Notes: generated by a model from the sequence alone, not told the origin. A stretch of DNA of 64,000 nt from an uncultured virus (IMG/VR IMGVR_UViG_3300005080_000002) (IMGVR_UViG_3300005080_000002), one strand, 5' to 3'. Positions 8,353 through 17,738 are shown, counted from the stretch's first letter. Translations and numbers: made by a program.

Positions 8353-10839
8353 ATGTACGCTATTAACGAGATTGAACTCATTAAATTTTTCGGTATGTGG
8401 TTGAACAACGTCGACCGTTTCCAGTTGAAGGTTACTTCCCAGACCAACGTCATCCTTGGACGTAATGGCTGTGGTAAATCTAAGCTGATGGCTAACCTAC
8501 ATCCAATGGCTATCAATAAGAATGATTTTGATGATGGTGGTAGGAAGCGATTTGACTTCACCTATAATGGTGTTAAGTATCGTGTGCTGAGCTATCGCGT
8601 GAAGGGCAGTGTTAAGAACGACTTTACTAATCTGACAACTGGAGAAACCATCCACTCTGGCGCCAACAGTCAGGTTCATAACGAAACCATTTTCCAATTG
8701 ATGGGCTATGATAAGGAATTACATTCCCTGTTAACCGGTCAGGACATCCTGACAAACATGCGGGGGCCTGAACGCAAGCGCTGGTTCAGTAAGCTTTCTG
8801 AGTCTGACCTTAGCTATGCGTTAAAGTTCTATCAGAAAGCCCGCGAGCATCTTCGTGACATCACTGGTAGTATCAACACTACCAAAGATGAAATCGGCGA
8901 ATTGCAGATTCGTATTGTTAATAACGAAGAAGACTACGCCGCACTCAAAATACGCTTGGAGGAACTTCGCAGTGAAATCACGCTCATTGATGAAGAAATC
9001 AGCCAGTGCAATGCGAACCCGTCGATTTCGGAGAGTACATTGGATGAAGTCGACATGCGACTCAATTCCATTAACCGAGCTATTCAAGCTACCAAACATT
9101 TTATCCCAAAGAGCATCAGTGGATTTGATGTCCATCGAAACAATCAAGTCATCACAACCGCACAAGTCAAGTACGAACAAGTGATGACTGAGATCGAATC
9201 TATCAGCAAAAAGCTAGAACATGCTAAGAAGCTGGAGAACATCGATTTAAACCTAGTTATAAAGCGCCGTGACGAACTCCTGGCCATCAAGGATGGCATC
9301 ATAGCGCAGCAAGGTACGTTTGCCTCTATCATCGCTGTGGAGCGTTCTGAGGTAAGTGGTGCTAAGATGATATATGGCACGATCATGAAAGACCTTGTCA
9401 ACATCATGAATGAGTTGACTGGCGATCATAATTTTGCTGAGCTGGGGACGACGCTACAGGTCAAGGTAGGGACAGCTGGCGGCATCTCTGAGAACATCAA
9501 TAGGGCAAGGCATGAGCTGGCAGTTTTGGACGGACGTCTTAAGCATATCCATGAAACCCATAACGTTGACTGTACCAAATGCGGATATACGTTTAAGCCC
9601 GGTGTCAAGGAAGATGAAGAGGCGGCGTTGAAAGAAAGACGCACTATGCTCGAGAACTACCTGACCAATGCCAATGCAGAAGTCACTGCACTTAACAACG
9701 AGATCAAACAGCTGACCTGGCTGTCTAGCATCCAGTCAAGGGCCAATGACATGATTCGTTATGTCGACGGTAATCCTGCTTGGCAGAAGTTCTTTGGCTA
9801 TCTGATTCGCGAAGGGGCGTTCCTTGGTAAAGGCGGTGCAATGACAGGTGCCGTTACTCAGTTCGGTAGGGACATCGAATTGACAATGGACCTTGTTAAT
9901 GTCCTTGATCAGTTGGCTAAGGTGGAAGTGGATTACACTATCATCAAGGCATCTCAGCAGGACGACAGCTCTGAACTTGAAGCTAAGCTTGAGGCGCTTA
10001 CTACAGCAGCTGGAAAATACCAGGACTGTATCCGTGACCGGCAGGCAGAAGCTGCGCTTTATAATGCCACTATGGAGCGTATGGCCACGCTGGACGGATT
10101 GGAGAAAGACCTTTACGAATGTATCGAGAAACGCTCCGACATCGCGGTAACGCTCTTTGAGAATATCCGTTTGGAATTGCTTAACGAGCAGCGCAATGAA
10201 CAATGGAGTTTTTTGGTTACGGTTAATCAACGTTTCACTCAGATGGATGACGAGCGTAAAAAGCTCGCTAGTCTGTTAGAGCGTGTGAAGGATTTGGAAG
10301 GTAGACAGATCGCTGCATCCAAAGTGGTTGCGGCTATGTCTCCTGAGGAAGGGATACTGGCTAAGCACCTTTACCAGTGCATTACCAAGATTACGGATTT
10401 GATGACTGCGTACATCAACCGTATCTGGGGCTATGAGATGAACATCATGCCTTGCGATGTGGAAGACGGCGATTTGGATTACCGCTTCCCATTCTGGAAT
10501 GGTGACCGGGCAAAGATGTCTCCCGATGTTCGTGAAGCATCTCGTGGTCAACGTGAGGTGTTTGACTTTGTGTTCATGCTGACAGTTTACGCAGCACTTA
10601 AGCATGAAGGGTTCCCGTTGTTCTTGGATGAGCTGGGTAGTGGCTTTGATGAGAGTCATCGTCCCAACATGGTTAACTTCCTCAAGTCGTTGTTGGATTC
10701 AGGCCAGCACAGTCAGATATTCATGGTCAGTCATGATGCCGGTACACACTTCCAGCTTACTCATGCTGACGTTATCGTAATCGACCCTATCGGTGTAACA
10801 CTGCCGAAGGTCTACAACAAATCGGTAATCATCGAATGA
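8353..10839 (+). CDS. sbcC: SbcC/Rad50-like SMC ATPase (phiKZ gp165-like)
   Basis: Walker A GRNGCGKS, coiled coils, zinc-hook CTKC, signature SRGQ, Walker B LFLDE, H-loop VSH. Confidence 0.92.
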   Translation: MYAINEIELIKFFGMWLNNVDRFQLKVTSQTNVILGRNGCGKSKLMANLHPMAINKNDFDDGGRKRFDFTYNGVKYRVLSYRVKGSVKNDFTNLTTGETIHSGANSQVHNETIFQLMGYDKELHSLLTGQDILTNMRGPERKRWFSKLSESDLSYALKFYQKAREHLRDITGSINTTKDEIGELQIRIVNNEEDYAALKIRLEELRSEITLIDEEISQCNANPSISESTLDEVDMRLNSINRAIQATKHFIPKSISGFDVHRNNQVITTAQVKYEQVMTEIESISKKLEHAKKLENIDLNLVIKRRDELLAIKDGIIAQQGTFASIIAVERSEVSGAKMIYGTIMKDLVNIMNELTGDHNFAELGTTLQVKVGTAGGISENINRARHELAVLDGRLKHIHETHNVDCTKCGYTFKPGVKEDEEAALKERRTMLENYLTNANAEVTALNNEIKQLTWLSSIQSRANDMIRYVDGNPAWQKFFGYLIREGAFLGKGGAMTGAVTQFGRDIELTMDLVNVLDQLAKVEVDYTIIKASQQDDSSELEAKLEALTTAAGKYQDCIRDRQAEAALYNATMERMATLDGLEKDLYECIEKRSDIAVTLFENIRLELLNEQRNEQWSFLVTVNQRFTQMDDERKKLASLLERVKDLEGRQIAASKVVAAMSPEEGILAKHLYQCITKITDLMTAYINRIWGYEMNIMPCDVEDGDLDYRFPFWNGDRAKMSPDVREASRGQREVFDFVFMLTVYAALKHEGFPLFLDELGSGFDESHRPNMVNFLKSLLDSGQHSQIFMVSHDAGTHFQLTHADVIVIDPIGVTLPKVYNKSVIIE

Positions 10840-11297
10840 GTCTTGAGATCGTTTCTAGATTTGAATTGGAAGGAGGGAGTATCACCAATGCTCCCGAGCA
10901 GACGATCATCTGCACGATCAACTGTGTAGGTGCTATGGGCCGTGGTGTGGCCCTTTCCTTTAAGCAGGAATATCCTCATATCTACCGTGACTATAGGCAG
11001 CGTTGGCGCGAAGGTTTACTCAACCCTAACTACATGTATACGGTACCAATGGATGAAGAACGACAGGTGTTGATGTTTCCAACTAAAGACCATTGGTTGA
11101 AGCCATCACCGCCTGGATTGGTCGAGCAGAATCTAGAGATCCTAGCCCAAAGATGGCAGGAACTTGGGATCATCTCTATGGCGCTGCCCCCTCTTGGTCT
11201 AGCTAATGGCTGGGTCAGGAATAGGGGCCGTGTGACCAATGCAATCATTGACACGTGCAATGCATTGCCGTTCCGTTGTGTCCTTTATCACGGATAG
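10836..11297 (+). CDS. Macrodomain (DarG/Appr-1-p-like ADP-ribosylhydrolase)
   Basis: TINCVGAMGRGVA, FPTKDHW and ALPPLGLANG macro motifs; ATGA overlap with sbcC. Confidence 0.88.
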   Translation: MSLEIVSRFELEGGSITNAPEQTIICTINCVGAMGRGVALSFKQEYPHIYRDYRQRWREGLLNPNYMYTVPMDEERQVLMFPTKDHWLKPSPPGLVEQNLEILAQRWQELGIISMALPPLGLANGWVRNRGRVTNAIIDTCNALPFRCVLYHG

Positions 11298-11323
11298 GGA
11301 CATGTGTAGGGGTAGGAGATAAA

Positions 11324-11899
11324 ATGGCAGTTAATCATTATCTTCTAGAGTTCAACCATCGTACCATCGAGTATAGTCAAGTTGACCTGGAGAAACTGAA
11401 TATAGCAATCCCGTGTTTCGATCGTGAAACGGGAGCATATCACCTAGTAGTCTTTTCAGTTGAGGAGCTGAAAGAGTTTGGTGACTCACATTTGAAATAC
11501 TCGAAGCAATTCATAGAGACGCTTTACGAGGCAGACTGCGAGTATATAAACCGCGAGGTATTACCCAAGTGGAATCCTCGTTCTCGCAGAATCCCACATA
11601 CCTTTGCAAGACCTGATATTCGCAGCGTGCTGCTTGCGAGTCGCATTTCTGAAAGTGATATGGTTGAAGGTAAGCTTGGTAAAACTGACTACCAGAATCT
11701 GGGAGCCGTTTACGCCGCTATCAATCACGTAGGGTATGTTATCTATGACGGCAACTATTGCGCTTTCCCTTTTGGGTTAGTTAATTTCATTAAACCGTTT
11801 CGCGTTAAGGAGATCGTCGACATTCTTGAAGATGATGGTTATATCTATTCGGTTGAGTACGCCTACAACTCTGTGACGGGCTACCGCGTGTTTAAATAA
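11324..11899 (+). CDS. Hypothetical protein
   Basis: AGGAG RBS before ATG 11324; 191 aa. Confidence 0.75.
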   Translation: MAVNHYLLEFNHRTIEYSQVDLEKLNIAIPCFDRETGAYHLVVFSVEELKEFGDSHLKYSKQFIETLYEADCEYINREVLPKWNPRSRRIPHTFARPDIRSVLLASRISESDMVEGKLGKTDYQNLGAVYAAINHVGYVIYDGNYCAFPFGLVNFIKPFRVKEIVDILEDDGYIYSVEYAYNSVTGYRVFK

Positions 11900-11905
11900 A
11901 ACCAT

Positions 11906-11929
11906 TACAGGCATATTTTATATAAGTGA
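11906..11929 (+). promoter_or_regulatory. Early-type phage promoter
   Basis: TACAGGCATATTTTA-TATAA-GTGA fits the window consensus. Confidence 0.65.
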
Positions 11930-12033
11930 TGACTGTAGCTACTCGTAGTGTCCGAGCGCTGACACTGCCGCCTGCTGCTGCCAACTCTGGGCTAGGGAAT
12001 CCTCCCTAGCCTGGAGCCATACAACACCGGAGG
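11929..12033 (+). promoter_or_regulatory. Structured 5' leader with two hairpins and a 26-aa uORF
   Basis: Stems at 11945-11968 (8 bp) and 11985-12016 (14 bp with GU pairs, no U-tract); ORF 11929-12009. Confidence 0.45.
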
Positions 12034-12038
12034 AAGTT

Positions 12039-12824
12039 ATGTTAAGATCAATCTCAACCATCCTAGTAACGATGGCGGTTTTATTCACGCTGCCAGCAAC
12101 TGCCGGGACCTGGTCTCGAGTTGAGCCAGTAATAACTAAAGCGAGTTACGCAACAGGTATCCCTGCCGCTACACTTGCGGGCTTTGCTTACACGGAATCG
12201 CGGTTTAAGTCCAAAGCAGTTAGCTCGTCTAATGCCAAGGGCCTTTTCCAAATTACACCTCGGACTTGGAGACATCTGGTCAAGACTTACGGGAAGAAAC
12301 ACGGGATAGCTAAAACAGCTAATCCTAACAATCCGCTTCACTCAGCACTGATGGGTGCCGAATACATCAAGGAGAATGAACCAATCCTTAAACGCGCCTT
12401 AAAGCGAAAGCCCACCGATGGCGAGCTTTACATGGCATATCTCATTTCACCCCAAAAGGCAATTCAGATAATCAAAGCGCCTGGTTGGAAAACGGCTGCT
12501 AATATTGTCCCCAGTGCTGTTAATGGTCAGAAGCGATTCTTCTACACCAAGCACAAACGCAAGCACAGCGTACGAGAATTCCGCCGTGCAGTTTACGCAG
12601 AGATCGACGGACATATCGACCTCTATAAAGAACGCGCTATCATCGCTAAGAAGCGCTACGTCAAAGCCAAGAAAACGGAAGTGGCTATCCATCAAGTGAA
12701 GCAATGCTTCGCTGAGCATCCTGCAATCGTACCGGAATACGACACCAGTATTCTGCTGACCAACTGCGACCCTAACTACGCTAGCGGGCGCTTGGATCCG
12801 TACGACCGTCGTCGTTATATGTAA
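12039..12824 (+). CDS. Lytic transglycosylase (SLT; gp144/gp181-type catalytic domain) with N-terminal signal peptide
   Basis: Catalytic ES (AYTESRF), AKGLFQI..TW, ALMGAEY, ELYMAY; hydrophobic N-terminus ending ATA|G; GGAGG RBS. Confidence 0.88.
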   Translation: MLRSISTILVTMAVLFTLPATAGTWSRVEPVITKASYATGIPAATLAGFAYTESRFKSKAVSSSNAKGLFQITPRTWRHLVKTYGKKHGIAKTANPNNPLHSALMGAEYIKENEPILKRALKRKPTDGELYMAYLISPQKAIQIIKAPGWKTAANIVPSAVNGQKRFFYTKHKRKHSVREFRRAVYAEIDGHIDLYKERAIIAKKRYVKAKKTEVAIHQVKQCFAEHPAIVPEYDTSILLTNCDPNYASGRLDPYDRRRYM

Positions 12825-12833
12825 CCATAGTCG

Positions 12834-12863
12834 GTAGGGAGGGACGCCTCCCTACGGCTTTTT
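12834..12863 (+). terminator. Intrinsic terminator
   Basis: GTAGGGAGG-GACG-CCTCCCTAC then GGCTTTTT. Confidence 0.7.
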
Positions 12864-12881
12864 ATGTGTCTGGAGAAAACA

Positions 12882-14018
12882 ATGACTAACAAAGATAACG
12901 CGCGTATCAATAAATTGACAATGATGGAAGTAGACCAAACGACCCATCAAGACTCGATCCAGCAGCGCCTCGTATGCGACGCATCTAGTCCAAATGCCAA
13001 TAACAGAGTCTATCCTACCGATGCTCTGAAAGAGGTTTGTATCCATCCAGTTATGGAAACCGAAGAGGACGTCGTCATTTTCACGGAAGCACAGGCTAAG
13101 GCGGCTAAAGCCCAAGGCTATCGTTTCGATAAAATACTCCGGGAGGAAGTGAGTAATAAGACCAAGCTGGAGGATCATCTGGCTAAACATTTTAATCTCG
13201 TCACGACCGAAGACCTTAAAATAAATGACAAGTCATTTCGCTCGTACCAGAGTATAGGCCAGATATACATCCCTGGTGATAATTGCAACTACGGCCGCAT
13301 CCTCGACGCAGGCATTGTCGAAATAATGCGTCAGAAGCTCGTACCGTTTGACGACACTCATTTTGGGTTGAGGGTGTTGGGTGGCGACACGGTTGCAATC
13401 GACCTTATCTACGACCATTTGAATCTGCATAAAAGAGATGCGTTGCTTAGTCGGGTGGCTAATGACATAGTGTTTCCGCAGACCATTAACGGCATCAAAA
13501 CTAAGACCTGCCCTAAATACGTCATTGATGGACGTACTGAAGGCGGACATAGTTTTATGGCGCGAGAGATGAAAGACGATGAACTCATTCCGTTGCAACA
13601 CAGCATTGTAATCGTCTCTACCTGCCATGGTCTCATGCAACTGGTCTATTGGGGTGGCGTGACGCTGGAGAAGATGAAAGAAGACAGTGTCATCTATATG
13701 CTTAATGGCAATCTCTACCATACCGTCTTTGATGATGGCGAGCCTTACCACAACTATCTCGTAATGGACAGCGTACCTGATTTTATTGAGCGCCGGGGTA
13801 TTACTGTGGGTGACCCTATCCTTCCTATCCGTGGTTTCGATATCGACTATGAAGCCTGGGGAGGTATCGATTGGGAAAAGGAGGATGCCGATCTGGATAG
13901 CGGTCATGAACTCGGCAGAAAAACCAAAGAGCAGAATATCCATACTGCACGAGAATCAGCCACTGGTAAAAATCCGGCCAGTGCTATCATGAAGAAATTA
14001 CTCAGGAGCAAAAAATGA
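12882..14018 (+). CDS. Hypothetical protein with an N-terminal PNANNRVYP motif
   Basis: GGAG RBS before ATG 12882; long ORF. Confidence 0.8.
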   Translation: MTNKDNARINKLTMMEVDQTTHQDSIQQRLVCDASSPNANNRVYPTDALKEVCIHPVMETEEDVVIFTEAQAKAAKAQGYRFDKILREEVSNKTKLEDHLAKHFNLVTTEDLKINDKSFRSYQSIGQIYIPGDNCNYGRILDAGIVEIMRQKLVPFDDTHFGLRVLGGDTVAIDLIYDHLNLHKRDALLSRVANDIVFPQTINGIKTKTCPKYVIDGRTEGGHSFMAREMKDDELIPLQHSIVIVSTCHGLMQLVYWGGVTLEKMKEDSVIYMLNGNLYHTVFDDGEPYHNYLVMDSVPDFIERRGITVGDPILPIRGFDIDYEAWGGIDWEKEDADLDSGHELGRKTKEQNIHTARESATGKNPASAIMKKLLRSKK

Positions 14019-14284
14019 ATACCGACAAGATTGCAATCGTTGGGGATGATGTAGCCGATAAATTGGAAGCAATGGACGAGGCGTTGAAGATCTCCGACGG
14101 TTACGTGCATCCAAGCACCCGTGGTAAGTCTGGCATCAAGCAATCCATGACCTTGGCTGCGCTCCATGCGGCGTTTGGTGCTGATATGAGCAGACCTCGG
14201 CCTGAACGTATCTATAAGGGCAATAATGCGGCCACTGCCCTTCTGGCCAATATCGGCCGACGGAAGGTCGGGGGTAAAAAGTAA
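14015..14284 (+). CDS. Hypothetical protein
   Basis: 89 aa; AGGAG RBS; ATGA overlap. Confidence 0.75.
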   Translation: MNTDKIAIVGDDVADKLEAMDEALKISDGYVHPSTRGKSGIKQSMTLAALHAAFGADMSRPRPERIYKGNNAATALLANIGRRKVGGKK

Positions 14285-14631
14285 TGCTCTTTTGTGAGAA
14301 GTGCAAACAATCTTTTGGCAGTGAGGATAGCGAGTTCTATCCAGAAGCCAGCAGTAAACTGGCGGAACCTTTAAAATCTACTCGCTGCCCGGCTTGCCGG
14401 GTAGTTGGTAAAATTAAATGGAAGGTGGAGAAGTTCAAAAAGATCAATGCGCGGTTTGACGGATTCTTTCAGTGCTATCGTCGTCACGACGGTGTCCCTC
14501 TTCCCGAAGAAGCCTATCCAGGTGACTTCCCTTGCCCTAAGTGCCGAGCCCCATCTATCGAGACCGGCATAGACTGTTATCGCGAATACTATAAGTGTCG
14601 CGAGTGTTCTCATTCTTTCTCTGTGAAATAA
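14284..14631 (+). CDS. Double zinc-ribbon protein
   Basis: Four CxxC motifs (CEKC, CPAC, CPKC, CREC); TAATG coupling. Confidence 0.75.
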   Translation: MLFCEKCKQSFGSEDSEFYPEASSKLAEPLKSTRCPACRVVGKIKWKVEKFKKINARFDGFFQCYRRHDGVPLPEEAYPGDFPCPKCRAPSIETGIDCYREYYKCRECSHSFSVK

Positions 14632-14654
14632 CTATTAGATCTATTGGAGTAAAC

Positions 14655-15194
14655 ATGTCTATCGAATTCCTGCGAGAAAACTTCCAACGTATCAACGATG
14701 CTCTGATCGGTCAGCTGATCACCACCAAAGAAGCGGCGGCTATCTGCGGTTATAGCACGTCCAAGTCTTTCTTGCGCGGCTATAAGTCCATCGCCGGCAC
14801 CACCCTGACCAAAGCTCACGTTAAGAACTATACGGACGGCCTGGATAAACGACTGGCCGAGGTATGTCAAAAAGCCAAGGCACTGCGTAACAATGCTATC
14901 ATCATCGGTTATTTCGAGTTGACTGGTAACGCATGGCAGTTGCTGGCCAATAGCATTCATAATCAGAACCCCAGGATCGATTTGAAAGACTTGAGGTTCC
15001 GCGGTATTCAATTTGAAAATGGTTGGTGTCGTGTTGTCGTAACCGGCCCTGCGATTACGATCAGTGGCGTTACTCCGGTACTGGGGTTTGACCCAGGCTG
15101 TGATATGCGTACCTACGAAGGCTACATTGCTCTCCAAGGTCCTGGCCAGCTGACTGGACAAGAACTCTCCGCACTGATGCGTGGTGACAAATAA
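14655..15194 (+). CDS. Hypothetical protein, possible N-terminal HTH
   Basis: GGAG RBS before ATG 14655; ITTKEAAAICGYS resembles an excisionase/HTH start. Confidence 0.7.
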   Translation: MSIEFLRENFQRINDALIGQLITTKEAAAICGYSTSKSFLRGYKSIAGTTLTKAHVKNYTDGLDKRLAEVCQKAKALRNNAIIIGYFELTGNAWQLLANSIHNQNPRIDLKDLRFRGIQFENGWCRVVVTGPAITISGVTPVLGFDPGCDMRTYEGYIALQGPGQLTGQELSALMRGDK

Positions 15195-15228
15195 AAAGCA
15201 GGGGCCTTCGGGCCCCTGTTCTTTTTTT
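15191..15228. terminator. Bidirectional terminator, repeat family copy 1 (TTCG loop orientation)
   Basis: ATAAAAAGCAGGGGCCTTCGGGCCCCTGTTCTTTTTTT between convergent genes. Confidence 0.9.
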
Positions 15229-15230
15229 CG

Positions 15231-15863
15231 CTAAGGCTTAACCATTTGGTTAGCCAAGGCCTGAGCCATGAGCTCATTCTGAGCGCGAAGATCTGCGTTG
15301 AGCTTTTTGAGCTCATCGTTCTCCTCTGCCAATGTCTTGTTAGACACGATAGCTACGCGGCGGCTATTTTCCATCTGGACGTGTGTTGCATGATCTACGG
15401 TGCCGCTATATGGCGCAATCGCCACACGACACTTATTCTCTACACCGACATTCTTTCTGACAAGGTCATCAATCAGCGGGAAGAGATGATCAACACTTAC
15501 AGTAAATGGCAGCAGACCCAACTCCACCACGATGACCTTTCGATCATACATAACGCCACTGGATCCTGGGTAGGATTCAATGAACGTATTGGGTACGAAG
15601 TATTCCGCACCATCGCCAGCGGCCAAAGTGATAATAGAAGCGCTAACATCAGCGTCCTCTTTATAGATTGACTCACTAAGGCCAAATGGTTTATAGTAGG
15701 TGTCGTAGACGTTGATTCTACGAACCTCCAACTCCTTAAACGTACGAATGGCTGTACAGCGCATCACTACGTTTGCCGGTAGCGTAAACGGTGCATAAAC
15801 CGTAAAGATACCTGAGGTGTTGGGCGGCGGAGTAATTAGATAGCGTGTACGTTCAGTTGCCAT
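15231..15863 (-). CDS. Conserved phiKZ-like (probably virion) protein
   Basis: TPPxNTSGIF..APF and YVPNTFIESYP-type motifs; co-transcribed with the virion gene upstream. Confidence 0.6.
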   Translation of the reverse strand: MATERTRYLITPPPNTSGIFTVYAPFTLPANVVMRCTAIRTFKELEVRRINVYDTYYKPFGLSESIYKEDADVSASIITLAAGDGAEYFVPNTFIESYPGSSGVMYDRKVIVVELGLLPFTVSVDHLFPLIDDLVRKNVGVENKCRVAIAPYSGTVDHATHVQMENSRRVAIVSNKTLAEENDELKKLNADLRAQNELMAQALANQMVKP

Positions 15864-15873
15864 CAGTTACTCC

Positions 15874-17196
15874 TTAGACTACTGGGAGGCCAAGTGCCTT
15901 GAGCATCGACAGACGAGACAGCACGAGGTAGCTGACTTTGTTATGCGCGAAGCTGATATACATAAGCTCCCCACGCCAGATACGTGCCAAACCGCGACCA
16001 ACGTGAGAATATTCGTCCATCTCTTCGGCCGTGATCGTAGCCTCCACTAGCTTACGTACCCAGTCGACCGTGTCTTCAGGCATCCGATTGAAATCGGGGC
16101 TAGTAGTAGTCAGCAGGGCGTAGGCCGGGTGGAAGTCCGACAGTCGGAATTTCTTATCGCGGTTTTCAGGGCCACCAATAAAGGCAGCTGCGACTGACTT
16201 ATATTGGATCCCAGTCAGTTGCAAATATTTGGCCAGATGCGTGCTGGGCGTGTACTTGACGAACTTTTGCAACAAAGGCAAAAGGCCATCATATGGTACG
16301 ATGGGTGAATACAGGGCACCACGAACAGTCTCGTCAGGCACGGAGTTACGATGCCACATCGGGATGATCTGGAACTCTGTGCTGGTAAAGATGTCCGGGA
16401 AAACCGGAATCCAGTCAGGGCGATCAAAGTCAGAGTTGGCCAGGATGTAGTCGGCCAATGCGTCTTTGATTATTTCCAGACTGTTGCCAGCGGCGCCATA
16501 AATCGCTACCGACCAAGTGGTCATAAGCGTGGAGGTGGGGTCTTCACGGTCGTACCACTTGTAGTCATCCGAATGCAGCAGGGTATACGGTTCACCCCCG
16601 GTGAGTTCGAGAACTTTCTTGTGGTGATCAGGAACGTTGAAAGCGGCCATGGCCTTCTCAACTTCGGAACGAACCTTTTGGAACTTATCGACCGGAACAA
16701 TCGGCGGAATTACGACGAGTTGATATTCGTCGTATTGGTTACGGAATGCTTCGTCGGCAAACCAGACACGAAGCTTATTGGTTTCAGCTTTGTCGTCCAA
16801 CTGCCATTCGATGTAAGCTGGCATCCAGTTGCCTTTGGCCTCGTACATCTTACCGCATTCAAAATCTTTGATGATGTTACCAAACTGGGCCATGAAAAGC
16901 GTTTTAAAGGCGCCGACGTCAGAAGACAACTTCCCGGCTACTGCCTGGTCGAAAATCCACTGGCTAAGCTTCAGGACGTGTTCGGTATATTTGGCACTTA
17001 CGATCTCCTGAGGACCACCATCCCGACGGCTAGAGAAACTGCGAAGTTCACAGTTGGCTGCCTGGGTATAACGGTAGGTACCTTTCTCGATTGAGTAAGT
17101 GGAAGAGATGTCCGACAACTCGCCGAGTGGCGAGGTATTTCCTGGGACATTGTTGGCTAACGCCCCAATGTTGATAAAACCTTTCAACGTGTACAT
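15874..17196 (-). CDS. Virion structural protein (phiKZ gp157-like)
   Basis: MYTLKGF...NNxPG..SPLGELS, LRVWFADEAF..QYDEY and FPDIFTSTEF motifs; near the RNase H gene. Confidence 0.75.
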   Translation of the reverse strand: MYTLKGFINIGALANNVPGNTSPLGELSDISSTYSIEKGTYRYTQAANCELRSFSSRRDGGPQEIVSAKYTEHVLKLSQWIFDQAVAGKLSSDVGAFKTLFMAQFGNIIKDFECGKMYEAKGNWMPAYIEWQLDDKAETNKLRVWFADEAFRNQYDEYQLVVIPPIVPVDKFQKVRSEVEKAMAAFNVPDHHKKVLELTGGEPYTLLHSDDYKWYDREDPTSTLMTTWSVAIYGAAGNSLEIIKDALADYILANSDFDRPDWIPVFPDIFTSTEFQIIPMWHRNSVPDETVRGALYSPIVPYDGLLPLLQKFVKYTPSTHLAKYLQLTGIQYKSVAAAFIGGPENRDKKFRLSDFHPAYALLTTTSPDFNRMPEDTVDWVRKLVEATITAEEMDEYSHVGRGLARIWRGELMYISFAHNKVSYLVLSRLSMLKALGLPVV

Positions 17197-17235
17197 GTTG
17201 ACTCCACTCTTAGCTAATGTTCATAAAATGAGGTT

Positions 17236-17724
17236 ATGAGAATGGCGATAGCAGTATTGAAGCTTATTGCCCCTCAGCTGATAACCTTTTTGATGAGTCT
17301 ATTTCGTCCGTCAGAGACTGGACCCATCGGGATGAGAATAAGTATACTTCTGAACATATTACTGGTAATTTTGGTAATCTATGTTTCTGAAGTTGCTTTT
17401 GCTGCCCATCGCGCGTCAGTTAGTGCAACGGCAAAGGTTGACTCATTAGAAATCTTAACAGCTGACTATCGGGTTCAGTTGAATACTAAAGAACAGAGAA
17501 TACGGGAACTAGAACTATTAATAGGTCCAAGCCTGAATACTCGGTCTATTTCTAATGCACCTCCTCCTGCTACTGAACCCACTGTGGTTAAAACGCCTAA
17601 GGCAGAAGTTAAGCCTGTACCGGCATCTAAGCCACAGCGTAAAGTGCCAGAAGTCGTTGTTGATAAGTTAGACTTTTTTATTCGGGAAAGGGAGAAACTC
17701 GCTAGCGACATAAACGCTGGTTAA
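17236..17724 (+). CDS. Membrane protein, putative i-spanin
   Basis: TM helix ISILLNILLVILVIYV, coiled coil, Pro-rich linker, C-terminal helix. Confidence 0.5.
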   Translation: MRMAIAVLKLIAPQLITFLMSLFRPSETGPIGMRISILLNILLVILVIYVSEVAFAAHRASVSATAKVDSLEILTADYRVQLNTKEQRIRELELLIGPSLNTRSISNAPPPATEPTVVKTPKAEVKPVPASKPQRKVPEVVVDKLDFFIREREKLASDINAG

Positions 17725-17738
17725 CATAGGTATTTACC

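Noticed and set aside
8353..10839. SbcC without an adjacent SbcD
   Set aside because: The partner is typically encoded elsewhere in this phage group
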